DNA of 64,000 nt from Anthoceros angustus (lineage: Eukaryota > Plantae > Anthocerotophyta): NCBI GenBank assembly GCA_010909165.1, contig MU008183.1, forward strand, positions 124,001 to 188,000, read 5' to 3'. Shown here piece by piece: positions 52,276 to 64,000 of the stretch. A program made the translations under genes and the position numbers. Within the stretch, counting starts at the first letter, position 1, and each line of letters starts with the position of its first letter. Under the pieces are notes generated by a model, which was not told the origin of the DNA, did not search any database, and saw only the letters and a list, made by a program, of their open reading frames with translations.

Positions 52276-55200
52276 TCATGGTCGACCCTTACAACTGCAG
52301 CAACCATCTGTGAATCGATGCAAGCGGTACCCATCCCTTACAACAATGTCTCTCTGTTCAAGCCTTGACATTATCTCAGTGGAACTGTGGCAGTCACTGC
52401 ACATGCGTAAATTCTTAGTTACCACCAGAGGTGTCCCACTTGGAGTGTTCAACAGACCAAAAGCCAGAGCTAGTTTCTCCGCATGCCCACAAAGCGCATC
52501 TTCCTTTTCCTTCTCACACACTGGCTTCAACACCAACCTTGTGTCAGGTAAATGACCTCCCTCCTGCTTCACGCGTGCATTCATGCTCTCTACCTTAAAT
52601 GCAATATCATCTCTGGTTTCTCCCACCAGGAATCTATGTACATGCCTATTCACCTCAATGGTCGCCACTGCAGGTTTCTTGTTGGCTCCTGCTGCCCTTC
52701 TCTGTGTTTCAATCCTGTCTACATCGGTCCACCTACCTGCATCTGCATAGGCATTGGCCATGAGCACATAGGCAGCCGCCTCCTGGGGGTCCAGCCTAAC
52801 AATGCTTTCAAAACAGATCATCGCTCTCTCTATATCACCGTGACTTTTGCAGGCATTCAACAAAGACGTCAATCCCACAACATTAATTTGGCCCTCGCAT
52901 AATGATAGCATCTTCTCGGCCTCATCCAAATAGCCAGCACGCCCAAGAAGATCAATCATGCAGTTGTAATGCTCAATGGTTGGTTTGATGCCATGCTGTT
53001 CAGCCATCGAGTCAAAGTGCTTGCGACCCTCGTGGACCAGTCCCTCATGACTGCATGCTACTAAAAGGCAAGTAAAAGTAGCATCAATAGGCTGAATACC
53101 GGCAGCTAACATCTCCTCAAAACAAACTAGTGCCTTGTGGCCTTCATCACAAGTACCATACCCAGATATCAGGGCATTCCATGTCACCACATCTTTGTGT
53201 TCATGCTGTCAAAAACCTGGCGTGCATCTTCCAGTTCACCACATTTTGCATACATCTCCACCAGGCAGGTGCCCACCAGTATGTGATCCAGCAGTCCTCT
53301 TTCCACAATCTGTGAGTGCAGTTGCCTGCCCTTTTGTAAGGCACCAGTGTTTCCACAGGCCTTGAGAAGGCAAGCAAAAGTAACATGATCAGCCAAAATC
53401 AGGCCCTCTTGCTCCATTTGTGCATACACAACAAGGGCCTCTTGGCTGAGTCCTTGCTGTGCATACCCAGCAATCAGGGCCGTCCATGTCACCACATCCT
53501 TTGTGGCCAAGCTATCAAAAACCTGGCGTGCATCTTCCAGTTCACCACACTTTGCATACATGTCCACCAGGCTGGTACCCACCAGAACGTCATCCAGCAG
53601 TCCTCTTTCAACAATCTGTGAGTGCAGCTGCCTGCCCTTCTGCAAGGCCCCAGTGCTTGCACAGGCCTTCAGTAGGCAAGCAAAAGTAACATGGTTAGCC
53701 AAAATGAGGCCTGCCTCCTCCATTTGTCCATACACAACAAGCGCCTTTTGGCCAAGTCCTTGCTGTACATACCCAGCAATCAGTGCATTCCATGTCACCA
53801 CATCCTTTGTGCCATGCTGTTCAGCCATGGAATCAAAGTGCTTGCGACCCTCGTGGACCAGTCCCTCATGACTGCATGCTACTAGAAGGCAAGTAAAAGT
53901 AGCATCATTAGGCTGAATACCGGCTAACATCTCCTCAAAACAAGCTAGTGCCTTGTGACCTTCATCACAAGTACCATACCCAGATATCAGGGCATTCCAT
54001 GTCACCACATCTTTGTGTTCATGCTGTCAAAAACCTGACGGGCATCTTCCAGCTGACCACATTTTGCATACATGTCCACCAGGCAGGTGCCCAACACTAC
54101 ATTATCCAGCAGTCCTCTTTCGACAATCTGTGAGTGAAGCTGCCTGCCTTTCTGTAAGGCACCAGTGCTTCCACAAGTCTTCAGAAGGCAAGAAAAAGTG
54201 ACATTGTCAGCCAAAATGAGGCCTGACTCCTCCATTTGGCCATACACAACAAGCGCCTCTTGCCCGAGTCCTTGCTGTGCATACCCAGCAATCAGGGCAG
54301 TCCATGTCACGACATCCTTTGTCTTCATGCTGTCAAAAACATGGCGTGCATCTTCCAGTTCACCACATTTTGCATACATGTCCACCAGGCAGGTGCCCAC
54401 CAGACGTCATCCAGCAGTCCTCTTTCAACAATCTGTGAGTGCAGCTGCCTGCCCTTCTGTAAGGCACCAGTGCTTGCACAGGCCTTCAGAAGGCAAGCAA
54501 AAGTAACATGGTTAGCCAAAATGAGGCCTCCTGCTCCATTTGTCCATACACACAAGCGCCTCTTGGCGAGCCCTTGCTGCATACCCAGCAATCAGGGCAT
54601 TCCATGTCACCACATCCTTTGTGGCCATGCTGTCAAAAACCTGGCGTGCATCTTTCAGTTCACCACATTTTGCATACCCAGATATCAGCATTCCATGTCA
54701 CCACATCCTTTGTGGCCATGCTGTCAAAAACCTGGCGTGCATCTTCCAGTTCACATTTTGCATACATGTCCACCAGGCAGTTGCCAACAAACAAGTTAGT
54801 AGGAATGCCACTGTGCAACACATCACAGTGCACTTTTCTGCCAGATTCCAAGTCAGCGGCAAGAGCACAAGCTTGAAGGGCAGCTACAAAGACGTGACCA
54901 TTCGCCTTCACTCCTGACCTACGCATCTCATGGTACAGTTGTATGGCCTCATTCGGTTTCCCATGCTTCGCGTATGCAGAAATTAAGGAAAACCACATGA
55001 AGGCATCTGGTTCGTCCACCCTGGTGAACACATCCATGGCCTCCTGTAGTCTACCTCCACATGCATACATGCGCAAGATATGGTTCCCCAAGTAAGCATT
55101 CGAGTCGCATCCAAGTTTGACAGTGAGATCATGAACTCGTCGCCCCACAACCAAATCCCTCCTAGCTGTACACAGTTTCAGCACAATGTAGAAGAGAGAC

Positions 55201-55784
55201 TGAGAGATGGCAGAGTCTGTCTGCGCCAGAAACTCCAAGGCTCCAACGGCCTCAGAAAGCTTCCCCTGATGACATAACATGCTCACGGTTTCAGCCGTGA
55301 CCACGCCCGTTCCCATTCCCGATCCTGCACGCCTGCCAGGTTCAGGCTCATCCGAAGATATCGACTGGGAAGGAGAGGCACCATGACCCATCTGCATATC
55401 CAAGGAAACGAGCTGCTCATCAACCCAAGCTGGCTTGAACCTGTTGTTTAACCACAGGACCTCGCCGGACCCCTTACGCCGGAAGTCAGGCGAACGGGAG
55501 CTCTTCTTATCTCGTCTGTTGTCCCACCACATGGTAGGCTCCAGAAAAAATTGTTGCCACAAGTGCTCCTGCTCCTGACAAAGACCATCGCTGGAAACCA
55601 CGTCCCCACCCACACATTTTCTCGGAAGTGGAAGTGCCGGGCTCCTTACACTGCTGCATCTGGCAGCTTGGTTTGCCAGGGGTTCACTCCCTGAGGTGAG
55701 GTGAGCCAAGGGTCCTCGTAGAATCCGTGTACACACACCAATTTGTTGGGTCCACAACGGGTCTGGTTGCACTACTGTGGCCAT
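52276..55784 (-). CDS. second PDF-PPR-E-DYW:KP (GRP) gene, with frameshifts and an internal duplication
   Basis: MATVVQPD start; [38 protein letters not shown]; PLS array; [29 protein letters not shown]. Confidence 0.85.
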
Positions 55785-55950
55785 CGTTCAGGGGCTGCTG
55801 TCGGAAGATGATCGAACAACAGTGTGTGGCAAGATGCGCAAGTACCGTGCGTGGCCACACCATACGGGCTGGCTCCGATGGGGCCGAGCCCGGACGGCTT
55901 CAACTCAACTACCTACATGAAATGATAGAATCGATCTGGGTAGGTCTATG

Positions 55951-56331
55951 AAAAAATACATATAAGCTAGGTATATACAGTCTCCACGTTCCGGTATCTG
56001 CATATATAAAACAAAACAAATTATAGATAGCACTTAATCTGTTTCGATTTATTATAAAAAATAAATATCTTACAATGAACTGTCAATAAGGGAGTTCAGC
56101 ATGCCTTTCACAAGGGACTACTTACATAGCAATTGATCTAGGTGGGTGTATAAAAAAATACATTTAAACTAGGTATATACAATTTCCACGTTCCCGTATA
56201 TATATAAAACAATACAAATTATAGACAACAGTTATTTTGCTTCGATTTATTGTGGATGAATAAATATCTCACAATGAACTAGCAATTGGGGACTTCAGTG
56301 TGCCGTTCACAAGGGACGACTTACAAAGCAA
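55951..56331. repeat. diverged ~200-bp tandem duplication
   Basis: AAAAAATACAT...CTAGGTATATACA...CCACGTTCC...ACAATGAACT...CACAAGGGAC.ACTTACA occurs twice. Confidence 0.75.
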
Positions 56332-57333
56332 GTATGGGAAACAAAGCGAGGAGAAAGGAAAGTGCTAGCAAATGTTAAAGTAATATAAATTTCAATTTAA
56401 ATTGAGAAAAATTATTTCATTCTATTGATCTCACATAGGGAAAACCACTGGTGGCATGTATAAGTGTAAGGGAGAGACAGAGAAAATTCATAACTTGAGG
56501 ATGAAAGGATTAGACCTCTAGAAGGATGAAAGACAAATGCTCGATAATCGGAAGTATTGAAAAAAATCAGACCCATCTGAATTTGAACTTGAGAAAAATG
56601 AAAATACCAGCAATAGGTCTCCCAGCGTAGCAAGTAGCAACATATGTAGTAGGAACAAGGAGCACCTAAGAAGAGGCCATAACATCTCACTCCCTATCTC
56701 AGGAGGTTCTCAGTGCTAATCCAATCTAATAGATGCCTAGTCGTGGACTTGTCATCTCACCTGTGTGTGTGCAAGTCGTTGTGGTCTAGCATTCTAAGAC
56801 CATGGCATGCCACTGAATTACACTATCGCCAGCAGGAGTAGCACCGGCGATAGCATCATGTTGGTATATGCGAGCAGTTAGATGGAACGTGGGATTTCAG
56901 TATTGAGCTTTTCTCTTTGTTCCACTCTCTCTATCGACCTACTCAAGTGTGAAGCCTGCCTACACTCACAAGGCCTTTGAAGCTGGCCACTCGATGTGTC
57001 TTGGACCAACAATCTTTGCAATTGATATTGATGGCCACTCAATATATCTTGGAGCAATAATCTTTGCATTGGACATTGGATATTGACACGCTTCCTTTTT
57101 CATAGGCGAGAGAAGGTTGCAATTTGGATAGTCAAAAGTTTTATACATTTTCTGTTCATCGAGAACAACATAGACTTTTTGTAGTAAAAAGAGATGGGAA
57201 ATCCCATCCACCCCTAAATGAAGGGGAGCAATCCTCAAGGGAGCACTAGGCCAAGGGGAACTAGCCTCCGCAATCGCCCATTTTGAAGCTGCCTGCTGCT
57301 CCGAGAATGTCGTGGTCTGGGATATGAAAAGGC

Positions 57334-57770
57334 CTACCTACCACTGGTGCCGAAGATGCCGCGTTCCTTGTGCTTGTTGCTGTCCTTTATGCTGTGTTGG
57401 CCAACACCCTCTATAAGGCAATCGACACCCGTTGTATGAAGAAGGCAACCGCATAAGAAAGGGAAGACCAACCCCATTCTTGCGACTATGGTACGCCTTG
57501 GCACAAGCTTTAATGAACCTGGAGAAATCCTTACCCATGACCCCGTGGGTCTCGATGGCAAGGGGATGAATGCATGGTCTTCCTGCATGGATGAGTACTT
57601 GTGAACCTTCCTTGTTGTGCATCGCTTCGCCACCCAACCTGGAGGGTTGATAATAACATGCTCGCAGACAATGTCCCGAGCAAGGTCTATAACAACCACA
57701 TCCATAACAGAAACCTAGTCCTATAGAACCAAAAACAAATCGGCCCTAAGAGAAAAGCCGTTGAGCAAAG
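57334..57770 (-). mobile_element. remnant of an RLE-endonuclease non-LTR retrotransposon (CRE/R2-like C-terminus)
   Basis: Across stops and a frameshift: LRADLFLV...MDVVVID...RKVHKYSS...AFIPLAIETHGVMG, fitting the R.D...D...K..KY...F.P.A.ET.G pattern. Confidence 0.6.
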
Positions 57771-58765
57771 AATATAGGTACTCCCTAGATGGCAAGAACC
57801 CACCCTCCATTTTCATTTAGAAGCCGGAACCTCCACAAGAAAATAAAAAACATAGAACTCAGCCTGAACTTTGTGCCCCGGCCTCATCGGGCGATGATGC
57901 CGATTGGCCAACGATGCCCATGGCCAGCCCCATCAGGCTTGACGAAGATGATCTCGCCTCGTTTCTAAAACTACATGTTACTCGTGGGTGCCCGCGACCT
58001 TGGTTCTCCAGCCTCGCTTCAAGGTACAATTTGAGGAATCAATGCACAATTTGAGGAGGAGTGCACGATCGCCTTCCGAACGCGATTTGCCATGGTAAGC
58101 CTGATCAGCCGCGGCCCGATCTGGCGAACGTGTGCTGATCCGAATTAGGGTTCCGAAGAGCCCGTCTCACCAAATCGAGTGTGCATTCGGTACACCATGG
58201 TACGCTCTTGTACACCATATGCAGTCCACACAACCCTGCTCCCTGCTCTTAGTTCCTGAGAGCAATGCATGTTGATGGCAGACTTTTTTTTGGGAAAGAA
58301 TCTTACAGCCCTTAGTTCTTGAAATCAATTCACCTTGGTGGCAGTCTTTCATTTCAGAAGACATGGCGAATCGACGTATCACCGTGTCTCCAGACCCCGA
58401 CCCTTCGACGCATTTCAATTTTCAGCATCACGTACGTTAGGGGCTTGTTTCCTGAAGCAAGAAAACGTTACGGCGATGTCTTGCGGTGCAAAAACGGGCC
58501 GGATTCGACCCCATCCGGGCCGAATACCAGGCCTGCAACCCCAACCCTTGTTCTCCGTGACCCAGCCAGATGGCAAGCGAGTGCACAGCCAGATCGCACC
58601 AGACAAACGGACACCGCACCAGAATTTCCCTCCGAGCCGCTCCATTCTGTTTCTTTCTGTTACTATGATGAGAGGTGCCCGGATCAGTGTTAGCCATCCA
58701 TGTCCATGTCTCAAGCTTGGATAGGAATGGAGTTAGGCAAGCACAACACCCCGAAAGACATTCAG

Positions 58766-61700
58766 TCACGGCCGACCCTTACAGCTGCAACAACCAGCTG
58801 CGAACCGATGCACACGGTACCCATCCCTTACAACAATGTCTCTCTGTTCAAGCCTTGACATGATCTCCGTGGAACTGTGGCAGTCACTGCACATGCGTAG
58901 ATTCTTTGTCACCACCAGAGGTGTTCCACTCGGAGTATTCATAAGACCAAACGCCAGAGCTAGTTTCTCCGCATGCCCACAAAGAGCATCTTCCTTTTCC
59001 TTCTCGCACACTGGCTTCAACACCAACTTGTGTGAGGTATGTGGCCTCCTTCCTGCTTCAGACGTGCATTCGTGCTCTCTACCTTGCGCAATATCCTCTC
59101 TCCTTCTCCCACCACAAATGTATGTACCTGCTTCTCCACCTCAATGGTCGCTACTGCAGGTTTCTTGTTAGCTCCTGCTGCCCTTCTCTGTGTCTCAATT
59201 CTGTCTACATCGGTCCACCTACCTGCATCTGCATAGGCATTGGCCATGAGCACATAGGCAGGTGCCTCCTGAGGGTCCAGCCTAACAATGCTTTCAAAAC
59301 ACCACATCGCCCTCTCTATATCCCCGTGACTTTTGCAGGCATTCAACAAAGACGTCAAGCCCACAACATTACTTTGGCCCTCACATGATAATAGCATCTT
59401 CTCAGCATGCCCACAAAGAGCATCTTCCTTTTCCTTCTCACAGTGGCTTCAACACCAACTTTGTGTGAGGTATGTGGCCTCCTTCCTGCTTCAGACGTGC
59501 ATTCGTGCTCTCCACCTTGCGCGCAATATCCTCTCTCCTTCTCCACCACAAATGTATGTACCTGCTTTCACCTCAATGGTCGCCACTGCAGGTTTCTTGT
59601 TAGCTCCTGCTGCCCTTCTCTGTGTCTCAATCCTGTCTACATCGACCCACCTACCTGCATCTGCGTAGGCATTGGCCATGAGCACATAGGCAGGTGCCTC
59701 CTGGGGGTCCAGCCTAACAATGCTTTCAAAACACCACATCGCCCTCTCTATATCCCCGTGACTTTTGCAGGCATTCAACAAAGACGTCAAGCCCACAACA
59801 TTACTTTGGCCCTCGCATGATAATAGCATCTTCTCTGCCTCATCTAAATGGCCAGCACGCCCAAGAAGATCAATCATGCAGGTGTAATGCTCAATAGTAG
59901 GTTTGATGCCATGCTGTTCAGCCATGGAATCAAAGTGCTTGCGACCCTCCTGGACCAGTCCCTCATGACTGCAGGCTACCAAAACGCAAGTGAAAGTAGC
60001 ACCATCAGGCTGAATCCCAGCAACTAACATCTCCTCAAAACAAGCTAGTGCCTTCTGACCATCATCACAAGTACCATACCCAGATATCAGGGCGGTCCAT
60101 GTCACACATCCTTTGTGTGAGGTATGTGGCCTCCTTCCTGCTTCAGACGTGCATTCGTGCTCTCTACCTTGCGCAATATCCTCTCTCCTTTCTCCACCAG
60201 AAATGTATGTACCTGCTTATTCACCTCAATGGTCGCCACTGCAGGTTTCTTGTTAGCTCCTGCTGCCCTTCTCTGTGTTTCAATCCTGTCTACATCCCAC
60301 CTACCTGCATCTGCGTAGGCATTGGCCATGAGCACATGCAGGTGCCTCCTGGGGTCCAGCCTAACAATGCTTTCAAAACACCACATCGCCCTCTATATCC
60401 CCGTGACTTTTGCAGGCATTCAACAAAGACGTCAAGCCCACAACATTACTTTGGCCCTCACATGATAATAGCATCTTCTCAGCATGCCCACAAAGAGCAT
60501 CTTCCTTTTCCTTCTCACAGTGGCTTCAACACCAACTTTGTGTGAGGTACGTGGCCTCCTTCCTGCTTCAGACGTGCATTCGTGCTCTCCACCTTGCGCG
60601 CAATATCCTCTCTCCTTCTCCCACCACAAATGTACCTGCTTCTCACCTCAATGCTCGCCACTGCAGGTTTCTTGTTCGCTCCTGCTGCCCTTCTCTGCGT
60701 TTCAATCCTGTGTACATCGGTCCACCTACCTGCATCTGCGTAGGCATTGGCCATGAGCACATAGGCGGGTGCCTCCTGGGGTTCCAGCCTAACAATGCTT
60801 TCAAAACACCACATGGCCCTCTCTATGTCCCCGTGACTTTTGCAGGCGTTCAACAATGACCTCAAGCCCACAACATTACTTTGACCCTCACATGATAATA
60901 GCATCTTCTCTGCCTCATCTAAATGGCCAGCACGCCCAAGAAGATCAATCATGCAGGTGTAATGCTCAATAGTAGGTTTGATGCCATGCTGTTCAGCCAT
61001 GGAATCAAAGTGCTTGCGACCCTCGTGGACCAGTCCCTCATGACTGCATGCTACTAAAAGGCAAGTAAAGTAGCATCATCAGGCTGAATACCGGCAACTA
61101 ACATCTCCTCAAAACAAGCTAGTGCCTTGTGACCATCATCACAAGTACCATACCCAGATATCAGGGCGGTCCATGTCACACATCCTTTGTGTGAGGTATG
61201 GCCTCCTTCCTGCTTCAGACGTGCATTCGTGCTCTCTACCTTGCGCAATATCCTCTCTCCTTTCTCCACCAGAAATGTATGTACCTGCTTATTCACCTCA
61301 ATGGTCGCCACTGCAGGTTTCTTGTTAGCTCCTGCTGCCCTTCTCTGTGTTTCAATCCTGTCTACATCCCACCTACCTGCATCTGCGTAGGCATTGGCCA
61401 TGAGCACATGCAGGTGCCTCCTGGGGTCCAGCCTAACAATGCTTTCAAAACACCACATCGCCCTCTATATCCCCGTGACTTTTGCAGGCATTCAACAAAG
61501 ACGTCAAGCCCACAACATTACTTTGGCCCTCACATGATAATAGCATCTTCTCTGCCTCATCTAAATGGCCAGCACGCCCAAGAAGATCAATCATGCAGGT
61601 GTAATGCTCAATAGTAGGTTTGATGCCATGCTGTTCAGCCATGGAATCAAAGTGCTTGCGACCCTCCTGGACCAGTCCCTCATGACTGCAGGCTACCAAA

Positions 61701-63572
61701 ACGCAAGTGAAAGTAGCACCATCAGGCTGAATCCCAGCAACTAACATCTCCTCAAAACAAGCTAGTGCCTTCTGACCATCATCACAAGCACCATACCCAT
61801 ATATCATGGCCGTCCAAGTCACCACATCCTTTGCGGCCATGCTGTCAAAGACCTGGCGTGCATCTTCCAGTTCACCACATTTTGCATACATGTCCACCAG
61901 GCAGGAGCCCAACACTGCGTTATCCAGCAGTCCTCTTTCGACAATCTGTGAGTGCAGCTGCCTGCCCTTCTGTAAGGCACCAGTGCTTGCACAGGCCTTC
62001 AGAAGGCAAGCAAAAGTAACATGGTTAGCCAAAATGAGGCCCGCCTCCTCCATTTGTCCATATACAACAAGCGCCTCTTGACCGAGTCCTTGCTGTGCAT
62101 ACCCAGCAATCAGGGCGGTCCATGTCACCACATCCTTCGTGGGCAAGCTGTCAAAAACCTGGCGTGCATCTTCCAGTTCACCACATTTTGCATACATGTC
62201 CACCAGGCAGTTGCCCACCAGTACGTCATCCAGCAGTCCTCTTTCCACAATCTGTGACTGCAGCTCCCTGCCTTTCTGTATTGCACCAGTGTTTCCACAG
62301 GCCTTCAGAAGGCAAGCAAAAGTAAAATGGTTAGCCAAAATGAGGCCTTCCTGCTCCATTTGTCCATACACAAGCGCCTCTTGGCGAGCCCTTGCTGTGC
62401 ATACCCAGCAATCAGGGCATTCCATGTCACCACATCCTTTGTGGCCATGCTGTCAAAAACCTGGCGTGCATCTTCAGTTCACCACATTTTGCATACCCAG
62501 ATATCAGGCATTCCATGTCACCACATCCTTTCTCCCATGTTGTCAAAACCTGGCGAGCATCTTCCAGTTCGCCACATTTTGCATACATGTCCACCAGGCA
62601 GTTGCCAACAAACAAGTTAGGAGGAATGCCACTGTGCAAAACATCAGAGTGCACTTTCCTGCCAGATTCCAAGTCCGCGGCCAATGCACAAGCTTTAAGG
62701 GCAGCCACAAAGACGTGGCCGTTCGCCTTCACTCCTGACCTGCGCATCTCATGGTACAGTTGTATGGCCTCATTCGGTTTCCCATGCTTAGCATATGCAG
62801 ATATTACGGAAAACCACATGAAGGCATCTGGTTTCCCCACCCTGGTGAACACATCCATGGCCTCCTCTAGCCTACCTCCACGTGCATACATGCGCAAGAT
62901 ATGGTTCCCCAAGTATGCATTCGAATCGTACCCAAGTTTGACAGTGAGATCATGAACTCGTCGCCCCACAGCCAAATCCCTCTTAGCTGTACACAGTTTC
63001 AGCACAGTGTAAAACAGAGACCAAGAGATGGCAGAGTCTATTTGCGCCAGAGATTCCAGAGCTCCAACGGCCTCAGAGAGCTTCCCCTGCTGACATAACG
63101 TGCTCACAGTTCCAGCCGTTACCACGCCCTTTCCCGATCCTGCACGCCAGCCCTGTTCAGGCTTGTCCGAAGAGCTGGACCCGGAAGGAGAGGTACCATG
63201 ACCCATCTGCATATCCAAGGAAACGAGCTGCTCATCAACCCAAGCTGGCTTGAACATGTTGTTTAACCACAAGACCTCGCCGGACCGCTTACGCCGGAAG
63301 TCAGGCGAACGGGAGCTCTTCTTATCTCGTCTGTTGTCCCACCACACAGTAGGGTCCAGAAAAAATTGTTGCCACAAGTGCTCCTGCTCCTGGGCACGAC
63401 CATCGATGGAAAACCCGTCCCCACCCACACATTTTGTGCAGCTGGAGGCTTTGTTCGCCAGCGGTTCACTCCTGAGAATGAGGCGAGAGGGAGCTCCTGG
63501 TAGAATCCCTGTACACACACCAATTTGTTGGGTGGTGAACGTGTCCGGTTGCCTTTGCCATATTGTGGCCAT
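58766..63572 (-). CDS. third PDF-PPR-E-DYW:KP (GRP) gene with reiterated P2-L2-S2/E/partial DYW segments; reading frame broken as assembled
   Basis: [10 protein letters not shown] start; [38 protein letters not shown]; PLS array; five copies of the E1-E2-KPAVA segment between 59017 and 61600; final GHAEKLA...CSCKGRP. Confidence 0.8.
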
Positions 63573-64000
63573 GGTTCAGTGACCGGTATCGGAACATGAG
63601 GCTAACAACAGACTATGGCAGGTTGCCGATGTACCGTGTATGACCACACCATTTGCGCAGGCATCGATGGGGGTTTGAATGCAAACAAAGGCAGTGTATG
63701 AAGAAGAAGAAGAATTTTATTGAAGTCCACTATGGTTTAGTGCAATGCGATCCGAAAGAGGCTGTCTACGGTATTCAACGGATGTTAATAAAATGATAAA
63801 TTAAACACACAATGCTATAATATAATATAAATAAGTATAGATATAAGTATATAAGATATCTACATGAATAGAATAATGTAGAACCAATATTGCGGTCCGG
63901 GATTGGGGGGGGAGGCAGGGCTTGCCCTCTGTGCAAAGCTCTTGATGAAGTGGAGCCGCTCAGAGTTACGGGAGCTTATTGGGCCAAAGAATAGGGATCT

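Overview
Land-plant nuclear DNA with compact genes and short GT-AG introns. A hornwort is the most likely source (inference from the GRP-ending DYW:KP editing factors); a lycophyte or fern cannot be excluded. The left half holds a hAT transposase remnant, minisatellites, an intronless RLCK-VII kinase, ribokinase head-to-head with ORC2, WASH complex subunit 4, a group III WRKY and a second, divergent RLCK-VII. The right half is a rapidly rearranging cluster of PLS-class PPR genes: three long copies, one 5' pseudo-copy and two orphan DYW tails. It is interleaved with an ethylene receptor, an F-box/kelch gene, a CWC21 fragment, scrambled ethylene-receptor fragments and an RLE-type non-LTR retrotransposon remnant. 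Main finding: the three long PPR genes end in a DYW:KP domain (KPAVA box, HAEK, GRP terminus; the clade linked to U-to-C editing). They also begin with a ~50-aa motif matching the ssDNA-binding PDF motif of organellar OSB proteins, giving a PDF-PPR-E-DYW:KP architecture. Many small indels, even in housekeeping genes, suggest consensus errors, so pseudogene calls are tentative. All assignments come from motif recognition; no searches were run.
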